DNA of 64,000 bases from an uncultured virus (IMG/VR IMGVR_UViG_3300017923_000003) (taxonomy: Duplodnaviria; Heunggongvirae; Uroviricota; Caudoviricetes), in the IMG/VR virus record IMGVR_UViG_3300017923_000003, positions 1-64,000 of that record; one strand, written 5' to 3'. Numbering within the stretch: the stretch's first letter is position 1; each line of letters begins with the position of its first letter. The notes under the pieces were generated by a model, which did no database searches, was not told the DNA's origin, and saw only the letters and a program-made list of their open reading frames with translations. The position numbers were made by a program, and so were the translations under genes. Positions 1 through 10,408 of this stretch are shown here, piece after piece.

Positions 1-210
1 GGGGGTACTATATAAATTATTAACATAATTTTTAAATTTATTTTAAAAATTATAAGTTCTTCTTTGTTGTCTGTTTTTACCCCGTCACTTTTCGATTTTT
101 GTCTATAGTTGTTCCCCACATAAAAATATTATTTTTTATTCTTCACATTTTTTTCTGATAACAATATTCTTGAAGCATTTTTAAAAATAATTTTTGGGAG
201 GTGAAGTCAT

Positions 211-1374
211 TTGAAAAAACCATCAGTTGATTTTTTGTTTGCCACAGAGATCAAAATTCAAGATGTTGAGATCCCATATATGTATTTTGAGAGTTTGGTT
301 GTTAAAAAGAATTTTCTCGATTATAGATTTCCCTTCATGGTTTTAACGATGAATATGCCTCCTAAAATTTTTTATGAGATTTTAAGAGATGTAGATATAT
401 CAGATCCAGTGGTGAAGGTGAACCTAAATACGTTCTATAAGGCAACAGATCTTGAAGAAGACTCCCCTTTTAGATTACATTCATCTGGAGAATACCTTGG
501 TGTGATTGACACACCCTATTTAAGTTACAGCCCATTCTCAGATGGTGAACCAACAGAAAGGGGAATATCACAGGCACAACAGGAAAACCAGGTAATGAGA
601 ATAGCACTTTATAAGAAAAAAGATATTAATGCCTTTAAATACGACTATATCAATACGGTTATGAAGAATTTCACTGTACTTGACGCTTTAGGTTATGGTT
701 TTAATACAGCAACTAATGGTGATATGAAACTCATTATATCTCCACCCGATAATACGACAAGTTATAAACAGGATTTGATAGCACCAATGGGGTTTTACCA
801 ATTCGTTAGATATTTGGATAACGAAATGGGTATTTATGATACCAGTTACAATATCTTTATTGATGACGGTGTTGTTTATATCCTAAATAAGAAAAACGAT
901 CATGGTATAAAATTAAAAAGCACAGATGAATATGAAAAAACTATCAAGATAAAAACTATAGCAGCAGATGAAGGACCAAAGCAAAACTCTTTAGATATGA
1001 GAGATGATTGGACTTATTATGTTCTTGAGGAAAACGATATTAAAAACGAACTTATATTGGAACGTTTTGGCAATGTAGAATCAATAGTCTCTAATATAGA
1101 TCCTGAACTTACAGGTCCTGTTGGACCAAGACCATACGATGAGATAAATGTTTTAGAAATGAAAAGTAATAGATTTAAACACCACAAAAAAACTAAGTTT
1201 GATACCGAACTCATGGATGTTTATTTAGGTAATTTACCATTAGATGTAAAACCATACACTTATTTCAAGTTAGAGGGTAAATTGTCTAACAATAAATATA
1301 GGATTGCAGGATATACAACAGTAATACAAGGTAAACGGTCTTTATCTAAACTTAAGCTGCTAAGGGTGACTTAA
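211..1374 (+). CDS. Hypothetical protein, probably virion/baseplate structural
   Basis: 387-aa ORF with TTG start after a GGGAGGTG RBS and a late-type AACAA motif at 160-164. The structural role is guessed from context only. Confidence 0.45.
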   Translation: MKKPSVDFLFATEIKIQDVEIPYMYFESLVVKKNFLDYRFPFMVLTMNMPPKIFYEILRDVDISDPVVKVNLNTFYKATDLEEDSPFRLHSSGEYLGVIDTPYLSYSPFSDGEPTERGISQAQQENQVMRIALYKKKDINAFKYDYINTVMKNFTVLDALGYGFNTATNGDMKLIISPPDNTTSYKQDLIAPMGFYQFVRYLDNEMGIYDTSYNIFIDDGVVYILNKKNDHGIKLKSTDEYEKTIKIKTIAADEGPKQNSLDMRDDWTYYVLEENDIKNELILERFGNVESIVSNIDPELTGPVGPRPYDEINVLEMKSNRFKHHKKTKFDTELMDVYLGNLPLDVKPYTYFKLEGKLSNNKYRIAGYTTVIQGKRSLSKLKLLRVT

Positions 1375-1383
1375 GTTTATGAT

Positions 1384-1812
1384 AACATTCTAACGATTTC
1401 TTGGTTGTATACTGGGCGTACAACCAATACAAAAATATAACTTTCTTACAATATATTATGACAAATAATTCTTGTTTTATCTTTTCTGCCTCTGAGCACC
1501 CTTTAATATAAATAATAGCTTCCTTTATTCAGTTAATAAATATAAAATGATTCAGCTCCTGTAAATACAAATGAGACTTTGTATTGCCTAGTATATTCTT
1601 GCAATCTTTTTAATATAAATGTTTTTTGCATAATATGAATACTCTCCTTTAATAAGTAAAGCTTTTTCACGATAATTGCAAGTCAGAAAAACTGTTCTGT
1701 ACTTGCCACCGATATTTAGGTTATATCATCTCCTAATTAAATAAAAAATATAACCTAAGTATCAACTCCTTTTAAATATTTATTTTACCCAGGGCGCAAT
1801 GCCCTGGGGTTT
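1384..1812 (+). ncRNA. Candidate structured non-coding RNA or long 3' UTR carrying multiple anti-SD tracts
   Basis: About 430 nt with no long ORF. Hairpins at 1401-1428, 1563-1585, 1678-1706 and 1716-1758, six CU-rich anti-SD tracts, and a closing terminator. Confidence 0.4.
1788..1812. terminator. Bidirectional intrinsic terminator
   Basis: CCCAGGGC-GCAAT-GCCCTGGG stem followed by a T tract, between convergent units. Confidence 0.75.
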
Positions 1813-1816
1813 TAAA

Positions 1817-3286
1817 TTACTTTTCGTTATATTTGACATTCTCTAACCATTCGTTATAGAAACCTAATTTAACATACATACCTATATTATAGTTTGCACC
1901 GAAATCTGCACTCTTTTCTTCTATCAATAAATTTTGTGAATCTATAATAAAGGACCTATCCATATTTTCTTCCTCATCTTTAAAATATTTGATCTTTATA
2001 TAATTTTCAACATTCATCGCATATTCGAATCTAACTGTATATTCATTATCACCGTCCACTAAGAGATTACCTGTAGATAAAAAGGTGATTGTATTGTTTT
2101 TATAATTTATTTCATAATCATCACTCTCTTGACCAACCAAAAGTCTTACTGTGTTTTCATTTACATTGAAACCAATATCATAAGGTACATCATATTCTTC
2201 TGGTTTAATAATCTTTTTACCTTTTCTATTTGTCAAAAATCCATAGAAGTTATCGAAATTGTCATATAATAGATTTTTGCAATCTATAGTTTCCTCTGCT
2301 CTATCGAATTTCCAGTCTGCATTGATTACCTGTTTATAATCCTCATCCTCATAAACTTTCCAGTCGTATCTAACCCAATCTCTAACACCAATTTCTAAAG
2401 CGTCATCTGGTGCTTCAGCATCATTGGTCACAAACATTCTAGGTCTATCCAATTTTAGAAAACACATAGAAGGAACATTTATTTCTATTTCAAAAGGTCT
2501 TGTTAACATGAAATCTGTTGTGATGGAACCCTTTCTCATTCCATCTGTTAGATTGGAACCCATACCAGTATAATCTAAAAATGTTTCATATTTTAAAAAT
2601 ATCTCTTGGTTTCCGTTACCGAGATTCTTTTTAAGTTCAACAGGGAAAAAGGATTGTCTTTTGATATGGTGGTAAGCTTCTTCTATATTATCTGGATTTA
2701 TATCGTGTGCATCACAATACTCTAAATAAACATCTTTGGGTATTGGGAAAGGTATAACCACTGTCTTCCTATATAACCTTCCGGGGTATCTTTTAGCTCT
2801 CCAATAGTGATACACATTTATCAACTTAGATCTATAGTCATCTATTACATTGGCCTCAACCGTCAACTTAATTCTTTTAAAAGAAAAAGATACAGCTATA
2901 TTTTTGGCATTGTCTCCTCTGTTGTGTGTTAGTATAAATGGATCTGTAAATGTTCTCACATCCATTATGTGGCTTAAATCTGTATTGTATAAAAGAGGTG
3001 ATAATACACCACCCTCGTAAGATGTATCTATACTAACATTTAAATTCAATATAGGTTTAGGATTAGTCAATAAACTTTTTGGTGTTTTGATTAAATTCTC
3101 TTTAATTGCTATTCGGGTATTTATATTGTCATATTTGAAGTTTAAAATGTCATCCAAATCATCTAATACTGAATATTTAAATATAGAAACTATTTCACCG
3201 TATATGTAGGCTAAATCTATGAGTGCTGTTGACTTATATTCATAATCACTCTCGAAGATATCTTTTTTTATTTTCAAATTCATCAC
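1817..3286 (-). CDS. Hypothetical protein, probably virion structural
   Basis: 489-aa ORF with a GGAG RBS and a late-type promoter motif (TTGTT at 3308-3312). Confidence 0.5.
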   Translation of the reverse strand: MMNLKIKKDIFESDYEYKSTALIDLAYIYGEIVSIFKYSVLDDLDDILNFKYDNINTRIAIKENLIKTPKSLLTNPKPILNLNVSIDTSYEGGVLSPLLYNTDLSHIMDVRTFTDPFILTHNRGDNAKNIAVSFSFKRIKLTVEANVIDDYRSKLINVYHYWRAKRYPGRLYRKTVVIPFPIPKDVYLEYCDAHDINPDNIEEAYHHIKRQSFFPVELKKNLGNGNQEIFLKYETFLDYTGMGSNLTDGMRKGSITTDFMLTRPFEIEINVPSMCFLKLDRPRMFVTNDAEAPDDALEIGVRDWVRYDWKVYEDEDYKQVINADWKFDRAEETIDCKNLLYDNFDNFYGFLTNRKGKKIIKPEEYDVPYDIGFNVNENTVRLLVGQESDDYEINYKNNTITFLSTGNLLVDGDNEYTVRFEYAMNVENYIKIKYFKDEEENMDRSFIIDSQNLLIEEKSADFGANYNIGMYVKLGFYNEWLENVKYNEK

Positions 3287-3361
3287 TCCTTTATAAAACT
3301 ATTATAATTGTTTCATTTGGGGGTCAAAGGAAACAAACACTATAGTGTATAAAAGGAAAGG

Positions 3362-3670
3362 GTGAACATAATGGATGAAGAAAAAAAGAAGGTTGAAGAA
3401 AACCCTATAGAAAACTATAATGAAAACACAAGCTGGGTTAGTATACTCAAAAGAGTTATAATTTCCACACTAGGAAAAGATGATATAAGAAATGATGTTA
3501 TTTTAACTGCAATAGTATTTTTTTTATTTCTTTTCCTGAAAGAGGGACTTATAGAAGATACTTCATTTTTCAATTCTCTTAAATGGATTTCTTCTTTGAT
3601 AGTTGTAGGTACGGGTGCTAAATATTTCAAAGAAGAAGCACACGAATATTTAAAAAATAAGAAAAAATAG
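3362..3670 (+). CDS. Small two-TM membrane protein, holin-like
   Basis: Two hydrophobic segments and a basic C-terminus (LKNKKK). Confidence 0.45.
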   Translation: MNIMDEEKKKVEENPIENYNENTSWVSILKRVIISTLGKDDIRNDVILTAIVFFLFLFLKEGLIEDTSFFNSLKWISSLIVVGTGAKYFKEEAHEYLKNKKK

Positions 3671-3683
3671 GAGGTGAGAAAAA

Positions 3684-4205
3684 ATGAAAACTAAATTTAA
3701 ATTATTTCTTGCTAAACTCTCTGAATACAAAGAATATATTCTTTATGGGTTAACCATTGTTTTGTCCATCATAATTAGTGTGTCATTAAATAGTGATGGT
3801 AAAAAAATGAGAGAGAAAAGAAAAAAGAAAGTAGAGGAAAAGAAAGAAAAGACTAAAGAACTAAAAAAAGAAGCTAAAAAGAAAAAGGAAGAAAAAGAAA
3901 CTATTATAAAAGAAAACCAAAAAGAATTAAAAGAGGCAGCTAAAAAAACGGGCATAATAAAAGAGGACCAAGATAAGATAGATCGATTAAGAAAACAGGT
4001 TAAAGAACGGGGAAAAATTATAGATAAAGAAAAAGAATTAGCTGAAGAAACAGCTGAGAGAGTTGAAGAAATAAGAGAAAAAAATGACAAAAAAATAAAG
4101 GAACAGGAAGAGGAATTAAAGAAAGTGAGGGAAGAGGATGTTGAACTCACAGATGAAGAAGTTAGCGATACTTTTGATAGTATTCTTAATGACGATACAA
4201 ATTAG
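3684..4205 (+). CDS. N-terminally anchored coiled-coil protein, i-spanin-like
   Basis: Single TM segment (YILYGLTIVLSIIISVSL) followed by a long K/E coiled coil; GGAGGTG RBS. Confidence 0.45.
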   Translation: MKTKFKLFLAKLSEYKEYILYGLTIVLSIIISVSLNSDGKKMREKRKKKVEEKKEKTKELKKEAKKKKEEKETIIKENQKELKEAAKKTGIIKEDQDKIDRLRKQVKERGKIIDKEKELAEETAERVEEIREKNDKKIKEQEEELKKVREEDVELTDEEVSDTFDSILNDDTN

Positions 4206-4692
4206 TCCTGTTGTTTTTGCACATGGTGAACTAAACGAAGAGGAAGAGAAAAAGATAGCCGAGGAAATTGTGAAATTAAGAAATGAAATCGGTGTATTAG
4301 AAACAAATAATGAAGAATTAAAATCTATGCTAGAAGAAGAACGTGAGATACATGATAAAAGAGTTAACGAACTTAAAGGAACCATAAATACACTGGAAAA
4401 ACAAAATGCCGATTTAACCACCATTAAAGATTACTATATGGAATTGGTTGGTGCTTTAATGGAAGAAAACCGATTGTTAAAGGAATCATTAAAAGAAGAA
4501 CGTATAGCTAATGATCAGTACACCATGAAATTAGAAGACATAACCGAAACACAGGATGAGACTATCGTAAATTTAGATGAGATAAACGAATCATTAGAAA
4601 GAGAAAATACAAGATTGAGAATTCAATCCAAAATAAATAAATACTTATACTTTGGTATAGGTGTTGGAATAACTTACCTTATATTAAAATAA
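4138..4692 (+). CDS. Signal-peptide coiled-coil protein with C-terminal TM anchor, possible spanin partner
   Basis: MKKLAILLIV...VFA signal peptide, heptad repeats and C-terminal YLYFGIGVGITYLIL; overlaps the previous gene in another frame. Confidence 0.4.
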   Translation: MLNSQMKKLAILLIVFLMTIQISPVVFAHGELNEEEEKKIAEEIVKLRNEIGVLETNNEELKSMLEEEREIHDKRVNELKGTINTLEKQNADLTTIKDYYMELVGALMEENRLLKESLKEERIANDQYTMKLEDITETQDETIVNLDEINESLERENTRLRIQSKINKYLYFGIGVGITYLILK

Positions 4693-4788
4693 CACACGGT
4701 GGGTTTAAAACCCACCTTTCTTTCTCTACGATATAAAACGTCGAGAACAATCCAATTAGACCACAATGAATTAAAGAGAGGTGTTTAT

Positions 4789-7740
4789 ATGATATTTTTG
4801 GAAGACTTATCAACGATGAAAATAGGCAGAAGAATCTATGCTCTAAGTAGAAAGAAACCATATACAAAAGGTAGATTTATAATACCTATGTTCACTAATT
4901 TTGATGATACATTAAAGTACATAAATGATTCCCAACAGAATTCACCATATCATTTACACTTAAGAAGAGTTAAAGCTATTTATGTTGATAGAATTTATAA
5001 AGAAAAAATTCTTTCACAGAGAGTGTATATGAAAAATGATTTGAAAAAAGTATACGATTATGTTAAAGATAATTGTCCCGAGATAAAATATATGTATAGG
5101 AATTTATCTCAATACTCTAAAAGAAATCTTTTTTATGATGTATCGTTAATAAATGAAATGATTTTTTCTAAAGATATAAAAAATTACAAATTTGTAGATG
5201 AATATTATAAGACAATCATAAAGGATATAATAAATTCAGCAGAAGAATACGATGACAAATACATTTTATTCGATATATCTGATACTGATATTGTGAATGT
5301 TGGGGATATCAAAAAATCAGATTATACAACCCCCAATTTACTATACCTTTTTCTTTATGTTTTAAAATATAATCCTGATTTAAAATACTTAAAAGATGTA
5401 TTCAAAGACACAACCATTGTCTTTACTTCAGAAAAGGGATTATTTAAATTATCATTTGATGAGAGGTTGGATGAATATCTTAAAGAGAGTAACTCTGATG
5501 TGAGTGATCTTTTAAAAGATATACTGTTGCGTTTTAGAAGACTTAAAACTTCAGACGATGATGACGAAGAAACTAAAGAAAACGATAACGACAGGATAAA
5601 ACACGAAGTAACTGACGCTGTTGTAGATACATTAGAAGATGAAGATTCTCCTGATGAAGAGATAGACCCCGAAGGAGAAATAGAAAAAGAAGATAAAGAA
5701 GAGAAAAAAGATGTACCGCTAATAGAGGAAGAAGTTTTAGATAAAGTAATTAATATGACTGATGAACCGGAAAAAGCAAAAGAGATATCTAAAATATTGA
5801 AGGAAGTAAGGACTAAAGCCCTAGAGAGAGTATCTGAAATGGGTGAGAAAGAAAGAAAATATATCGAGGATGTTATGAATGTGGAAATAGATGATATGTC
5901 GTATTCTGAACTTCTAGAAGAAATAAAGGATATAGATGTACCAAAAGATTCATATGATATAACAGCCATAGATAAATACAATGAGAACTCTTTTGTTAAC
6001 TTCAATAAAACATATGATGAAAAATTAAAGAAATTTGATATTACAGAAATAGCACAATCTTTCTCTAATACAGATGTCCCCTTATACATTCAAAAAATAG
6101 AAACAGAAGACTCATCAGATGAGTTAAACTATACTGAAGATATCAAAATGAAATTCAAAGATTTAGAGGGTAATAGGCACAATGTGAAAATAACATTACC
6201 AAAATTGGTTTATGATAAATTTGTGTATCTTGGTGGTTCTAAAAAAAATATCATAGGACAGATCATGAGTAACCCCATAACAAAAAATGAAGAGTACGTT
6301 ATTATAACCTCAAATAGAAATAAATTACGGATGACATATAAAGGTGGAAAATACCTATCTCCTATTTATTCTAAATTTGTCAGAGGTTTTAAAAAGTTTG
6401 AAGATGAAAATAAGTCTGATATAATTAATTTTGAATCAGCTTTTGAAACCAACTTCAATACAGGGGAAACCACTAGAGAATATAATGGTATATCAAGATA
6501 TTTATCAGAAGTAAACACAAATAGCGTTAACCTTATATTCGATTATGAAAAATCAAAACAGTTGTATGAAAACGATAATGAAAATGAAATTGTTCTAGGT
6601 GAGATAGAAGGTAACGAGATAATCCTAAATAAAGAGACAGAAACCATAACCACCGATGGTGATTATAAGGGTATGGTTTTATCAGAATTTCTGATAAAAG
6701 TTTCAGAGGAATATATCCCAAAACTCCATAAGTATATTGAAGAAAAAAACACAGTGCCAAAAACTATCGTTTATACTTCTGTAAAGATACTGGGTAAAGA
6801 TGCACCCTTAGTTCTTATATTAACTTATCTTATGGGCTTAGATTCTTTAATGGAAAAAATGGATATTGATTATAGGTTAGAAACTAAAGAAAAGAAACCA
6901 AAGATAGATAAATTTAAAGAAGGTCTAATTGAATTTGAAGACACATATTTAATTTATAAATATGATTCAATGGCTAATATATCTATTATGAGTTACTTGC
7001 AGAGAATGGATCTTTCTGGATACGAACTAGCAGACTTAGAAGATAAAGATGTTATGGCAAATATATTAGAAGATGAAATGGGTAGTCATAATTTCCCAGT
7101 ATATATTGATAACTACAATAATACGATGATAGATGCAATAACCAAAAATATATTGGTTCATTTTTCCTTACCCACTGAATTCACCGATCTTTTAATTTAT
7201 GCTAATTATCTATTATCCACAGCTGTAAATGAAAAGGACATCGATATAAGAAATTCAAGGGTTAGATATCAGGAATTAATAACTGCGACAATGGCTAATG
7301 TTTTAGCTGATGAATATGAAAAATTCTCTGTTGCTAAAAAAAGAGGTAATACTAAATCTACTTTCTCAATTGATAAAAATGCTGTAATTAAAAAGTTATA
7401 TGAATTACCAAACCTTGAGGAATACTCTACTGTTAATCCAGCTAGAGAGATAGATAAATATTCATCTGCTTCAATGAAAGGTCTATCTGGGTTGAACTTA
7501 GATAGAGCATACACAGCAGATAAGAGATTGTATGATCCTAGTTTCTATGGTAAATTCTCTATGGCTTCTGCTTACTCAGGTTCCATTGGTGTTGTAAAGC
7601 ATTTTGGTGTAGACCCAAAGATATTATCTGCTAGAGGGTTTTTTGAAAACGTAGATATGGAGGATGTGGATGATCTTGATTCTAAAACACTCCTATCTAT
7701 ATCGGAAGTTTTAACTCCTATGACCACCTCAAAAGATGAT
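4789..7740 (+). CDS. Multisubunit RNA polymerase beta-like subunit (likely virion RNAP), exon 1
   Basis: ATG at 4789 after GAGGTG. Beta-like motifs near the 3' end (SASMKGLSG, SISEVLTPMTTSKDD, compare LIPFLEHDD). Frame is interrupted by a group I intron. Confidence 0.85.
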
Positions 7741-8047
7741 CAATTTTAGGTCCCACCATATAGTAATATATGAGTGCGTATCCCCTTAACCTTAATCAAG
7801 GGTGTGTTAGATGTATTCTAATGCTAACGGTATCAGTTGAATAAGATCACCTGTGTGACAATCACGGGTATTGACCAAGAGCGAAGGAACTGACTAAGAG
7901 ACCCTAAGACCCAAACATTTGAATATGAATGGGTAGCTGGAAATACCGTGCTACTAAAGAGTGTAACGACTACCTCGCAAGAGGGTACTATTGAATATTG
8001 ATAACCAATAGGAAACAGGGGAATACCAAAAAAAAAAAGGATACAAT

Positions 8048-8860
8048 TTAAATTGTACCCCTTAATTTTCTTAATGTTTGTACAGAAATATTGAATTTTT
8101 TCGCTATCGAATTAAATGAGTAATCGTTATACCCATTCTCTTTATTTTTCAAAACACGTATTATTTCTTTTTGATCTCTAAGAGAAATGGAATTGAAATC
8201 GTTGGTTGCTTTTTTTAAATTATAAGATTTACTTATATGTGTGTATGTTTTTCTTAAACGGATATCGTTTATTTTATAAACGGGAATGTCGGTTATTTCA
8301 CTTATGAAATGATTTCTTTCACCTTCTTCGATAAGCTCACATATCCTTTTTACTTGGGTGACTGAAAGAGATCTGGCGTAACCCTTATCCATTTCTTTAG
8401 GGTCGTATAAACCTGTGTCTAATGCATGCTGGAAATTCTCCGCACTGGTGCACCATTCCAAATTAGTTATATGGTTGTCTTTTTTAATTCCATTCATATG
8501 GTTTACGGTTAGGTTTTCGTGATTTTTATTGTAGTTAAAGAGTAAAGAAACTAACCTATGAGCAGTATATTTATTTCTTTTCTTTGGAAAAGTATCTTTA
8601 AAGGATAACGAATAATAAATATAACCGTAACTATTAATCAATGGTTTTAGCAAACCACCATAAAACTCACTATAGACATACCCGTTTAAACTAATGTAGT
8701 AATAATCTTTAATTTTGTTTATCACGTTATTTATTTTTCTCATAAAATAAATATTAGAATTAACTTTAACAACATATAAGTTTTTTTTAAAATCATCTTT
8801 TAATTCGATAGGAAATATTTCTTGACTTAAGGATACAAATTCTTTTTCATATAAATGCAA
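8048..8860 (-). CDS. HNH homing endonuclease, antisense within the intron
   Basis: AHRLV...VNHMNGIKKDNHITNLEWCT HNH motif plus C-terminal HTH-like repeats. Probable TTG start at 8860 after AAGGAGG. Confidence 0.9.
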   Translation of the reverse strand: MHLYEKEFVSLSQEIFPIELKDDFKKNLYVVKVNSNIYFMRKINNVINKIKDYYYISLNGYVYSEFYGGLLKPLINSYGYIYYSLSFKDTFPKKRNKYTAHRLVSLLFNYNKNHENLTVNHMNGIKKDNHITNLEWCTSAENFQHALDTGLYDPKEMDKGYARSLSVTQVKRICELIEEGERNHFISEITDIPVYKINDIRLRKTYTHISKSYNLKKATNDFNSISLRDQKEIIRVLKNKENGYNDYSFNSIAKKFNISVQTLRKLRGTI

Positions 8861-8884
8861 TTTGTTTTCCTCCTTTCTGTATAT

Positions 8885-8896
8885 ATAATATATAAT
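8885..8896 (-). promoter_or_regulatory. Early-type phage promoter motif TTATATATTAT driving the antisense HNH
   Basis: The same 11-mer occurs upstream of seven other minus-strand genes. Confidence 0.65.
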
Positions 8897-8973
8897 CGTT
8901 TTTTGGTATATAATATAGTCTAGTCCCACTTATTTATTAAGTGTCAAAGTATCTCGAAAGAGAGGGTATATCG

Positions 8974-10137
8974 GCCCCAAGAACTGCTATGAATTTAAGT
9001 CAGACAAACCACCTTATGGGTGTTGAAGATGCAGACCCCCTAATGGTCTCCACTGGTGCAGATGAAGCTTTAGCACATATGTCAAATGAGTTTGTTAGAA
9101 AATCTAAAAAAGACGGCGTGGTATCTAATATATCTGGAAATTATATTACCGTGGAATACTCTGACGGAACAGAAGATAGTTTCCCTATAAATTCTGTAGA
9201 AAAGAATTCAGCTAAAAGTATGTATATATCTAACGAAATGAAGTTGATGCCAAAAATTAAAGTTGGTAAGAAAATAAAAGCCGGCGATGTTTTAGCATAT
9301 AATAAAAACTTCTTTAAAACAGACGGATATTCACTTCATTTTACTCCTGGTCCAATAGTTACTCTAGCATTACATTCAGCACCAGAGACTTATGAGGATT
9401 CCACTATGGTTTCTAGATCACTTACAAAAAGATTAGCAACAAAGGTTATTAAAAAATATGCTGTTCTTTTAAAAAATGATGCTAAAATACATGAGTCTGT
9501 TGCAGAATTCAAAGAGGTGAGATCTGGAGAACCGTTAATGGTTTTCGAATCCATGACTGGTGATGAAGAGGTTGATGAGTTTTTAAATGTAGAGTCATCA
9601 GAATTAAATCAACACGAAAAGAAAGTAAAACGTGGTGGTAGAATAGTTGATATGAGAGTTTATAGAACTTCTAATCTTGACGAATATTCAAACAGTATAC
9701 AATACCATATAAGAAAAATAGATGATTTTTTATTAAATAACAAACAATCTAATGCTAAACAGTTGGAAGAACATGGTTCAACTGAAAGTAAAATTCTTTT
9801 CGGTAAGAAAAATGCTAAGGTAAAGGTTGGTGATAAAATAAATGGTATAAAACTTAATAAAGATGAAGTTTTATTTGAGTATTATGTGGAAAGTTATGAT
9901 ATCTTCTCCACTGGTGATAAGGGTACAAACTATACCTCTTTAAAAGCCATTAATGCCAGAGTTTACGATGACGAGAAGATGCCAACAGGTGTTGAAACTG
10001 GTAGAAATGTTGATGTGGTTTTATCACCAAATTCACCTATGAAAAGAATGACTAACTCTGTTTTTATTTCAGGGCTCCTAACAGGTGCAATGAGAAAACT
10101 TATAAAACAGTGTAAAGAAGATATGGACATCGAATAA
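8974..10137 (+). CDS. RNA polymerase beta-like subunit, exon 2
   Basis: Motifs TYEDS, GDKGTNYTSLKAI (compare GDKMAGRHGNKGV) and DVVLSPNSPMKRMT (compare DIVLNPLGVPSRMN). Spliced product about 1371 aa. Confidence 0.9.
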   Translation, partial: APRTAMNLSQTNHLMGVEDADPLMVSTGADEALAHMSNEFVRKSKKDGVVSNISGNYITVEYSDGTEDSFPINSVEKNSAKSMYISNEMKLMPKIKVGKKIKAGDVLAYNKNFFKTDGYSLHFTPGPIVTLALHSAPETYEDSTMVSRSLTKRLATKVIKKYAVLLKNDAKIHESVAEFKEVRSGEPLMVFESMTGDEEVDEFLNVESSELNQHEKKVKRGGRIVDMRVYRTSNLDEYSNSIQYHIRKIDDFLLNNKQSNAKQLEEHGSTESKILFGKKNAKVKVGDKINGIKLNKDEVLFEYYVESYDIFSTGDKGTNYTSLKAINARVYDDEKMPTGVETGRNVDVVLSPNSPMKRMTNSVFISGLLTGAMRKLIKQCKEDMDIE

Positions 10138-10155
10138 AAAAAAAATAATTAGGGG

Positions 10156-10374
10156 ATGATAGTAATGGTTAATGGTGTATTTATTAAATCTTCAAGAGAA
10201 ATAGAAAGAGATAAGATTTTACAAAGAATTGAGGAGCTAGAAAAGGATGAAAGAAATAATGCACAAGAATTGATTGAGCTTTGGCGTAGATATAAGAAGT
10301 CAGGTAAAAGTTACACATCTCCAGATGAAGAATTAGCTAATAAAAAGATTAAGTTACTGAGAAAATTTGTTTAA
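10156..10374 (+). CDS. Hypothetical protein
   Basis: 72-aa ORF with an RBS, followed by a terminator. Confidence 0.55.
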   Translation: MIVMVNGVFIKSSREIERDKILQRIEELEKDERNNAQELIELWRRYKKSGKSYTSPDEELANKKIKLLRKFV

Positions 10375-10375
10375 T

Positions 10376-10407
10376 AAAAAAACCCAGGGTTTTACCCCTG
10401 GGTTTTT
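10376..10407. terminator. Bidirectional intrinsic terminator
   Basis: A-tract, CCCAGGG-loop-CCCTGGG stem, T-tract between convergent genes. Confidence 0.8.
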
Positions 10408-10408
10408 A

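Larger units (their letters stand above)
7741..8973 (+). mobile_element. Group I intron in RNAP beta gene, with antisense HNH in P8
   Basis: 5' exon ends in U (GAT at 7738-7740) and the intron ends in G at 8973. P7 is GACTA (7968-7972) with TAGTC (8916-8920); P4 is ACGGTA/TACCGT; P9 has a GAAA loop. Splicing restores KDD|APRTAM in frame (compare HDDANRALM). Confidence 0.9.

Noticed and set aside
1375..1816. CRISPR array or tRNA in the long intergenic region
   Set aside because: No identical direct repeats with regular spacing and no cloverleaf or T-loop motifs; none were noticed elsewhere in the window either.
5355..6089. Long Ser/Phe-rich opposite-strand ORFs (also 3743-4150, 27698-28171, 56977-57600, 59284-59808 and similar)
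   Set aside because: Shadow frames of K/E/D-rich genes, without RBS and with the composition expected of antisense translation.
7741..7749. TAG stop in RNAP beta (also in beta' at 17946, and TAA in PolB at 48930) read as a pseudogene, frameshift or stop-codon reassignment
   Set aside because: All three stops lie inside group I introns whose removal restores conserved motifs in frame; other genes are full length in the standard code.
8941..8973. N-terminus MSKYLEREGIS of ORF 8941, and GTG start of ORF 50245
   Set aside because: These are intron P9/terminal-G sequences, not real starts.
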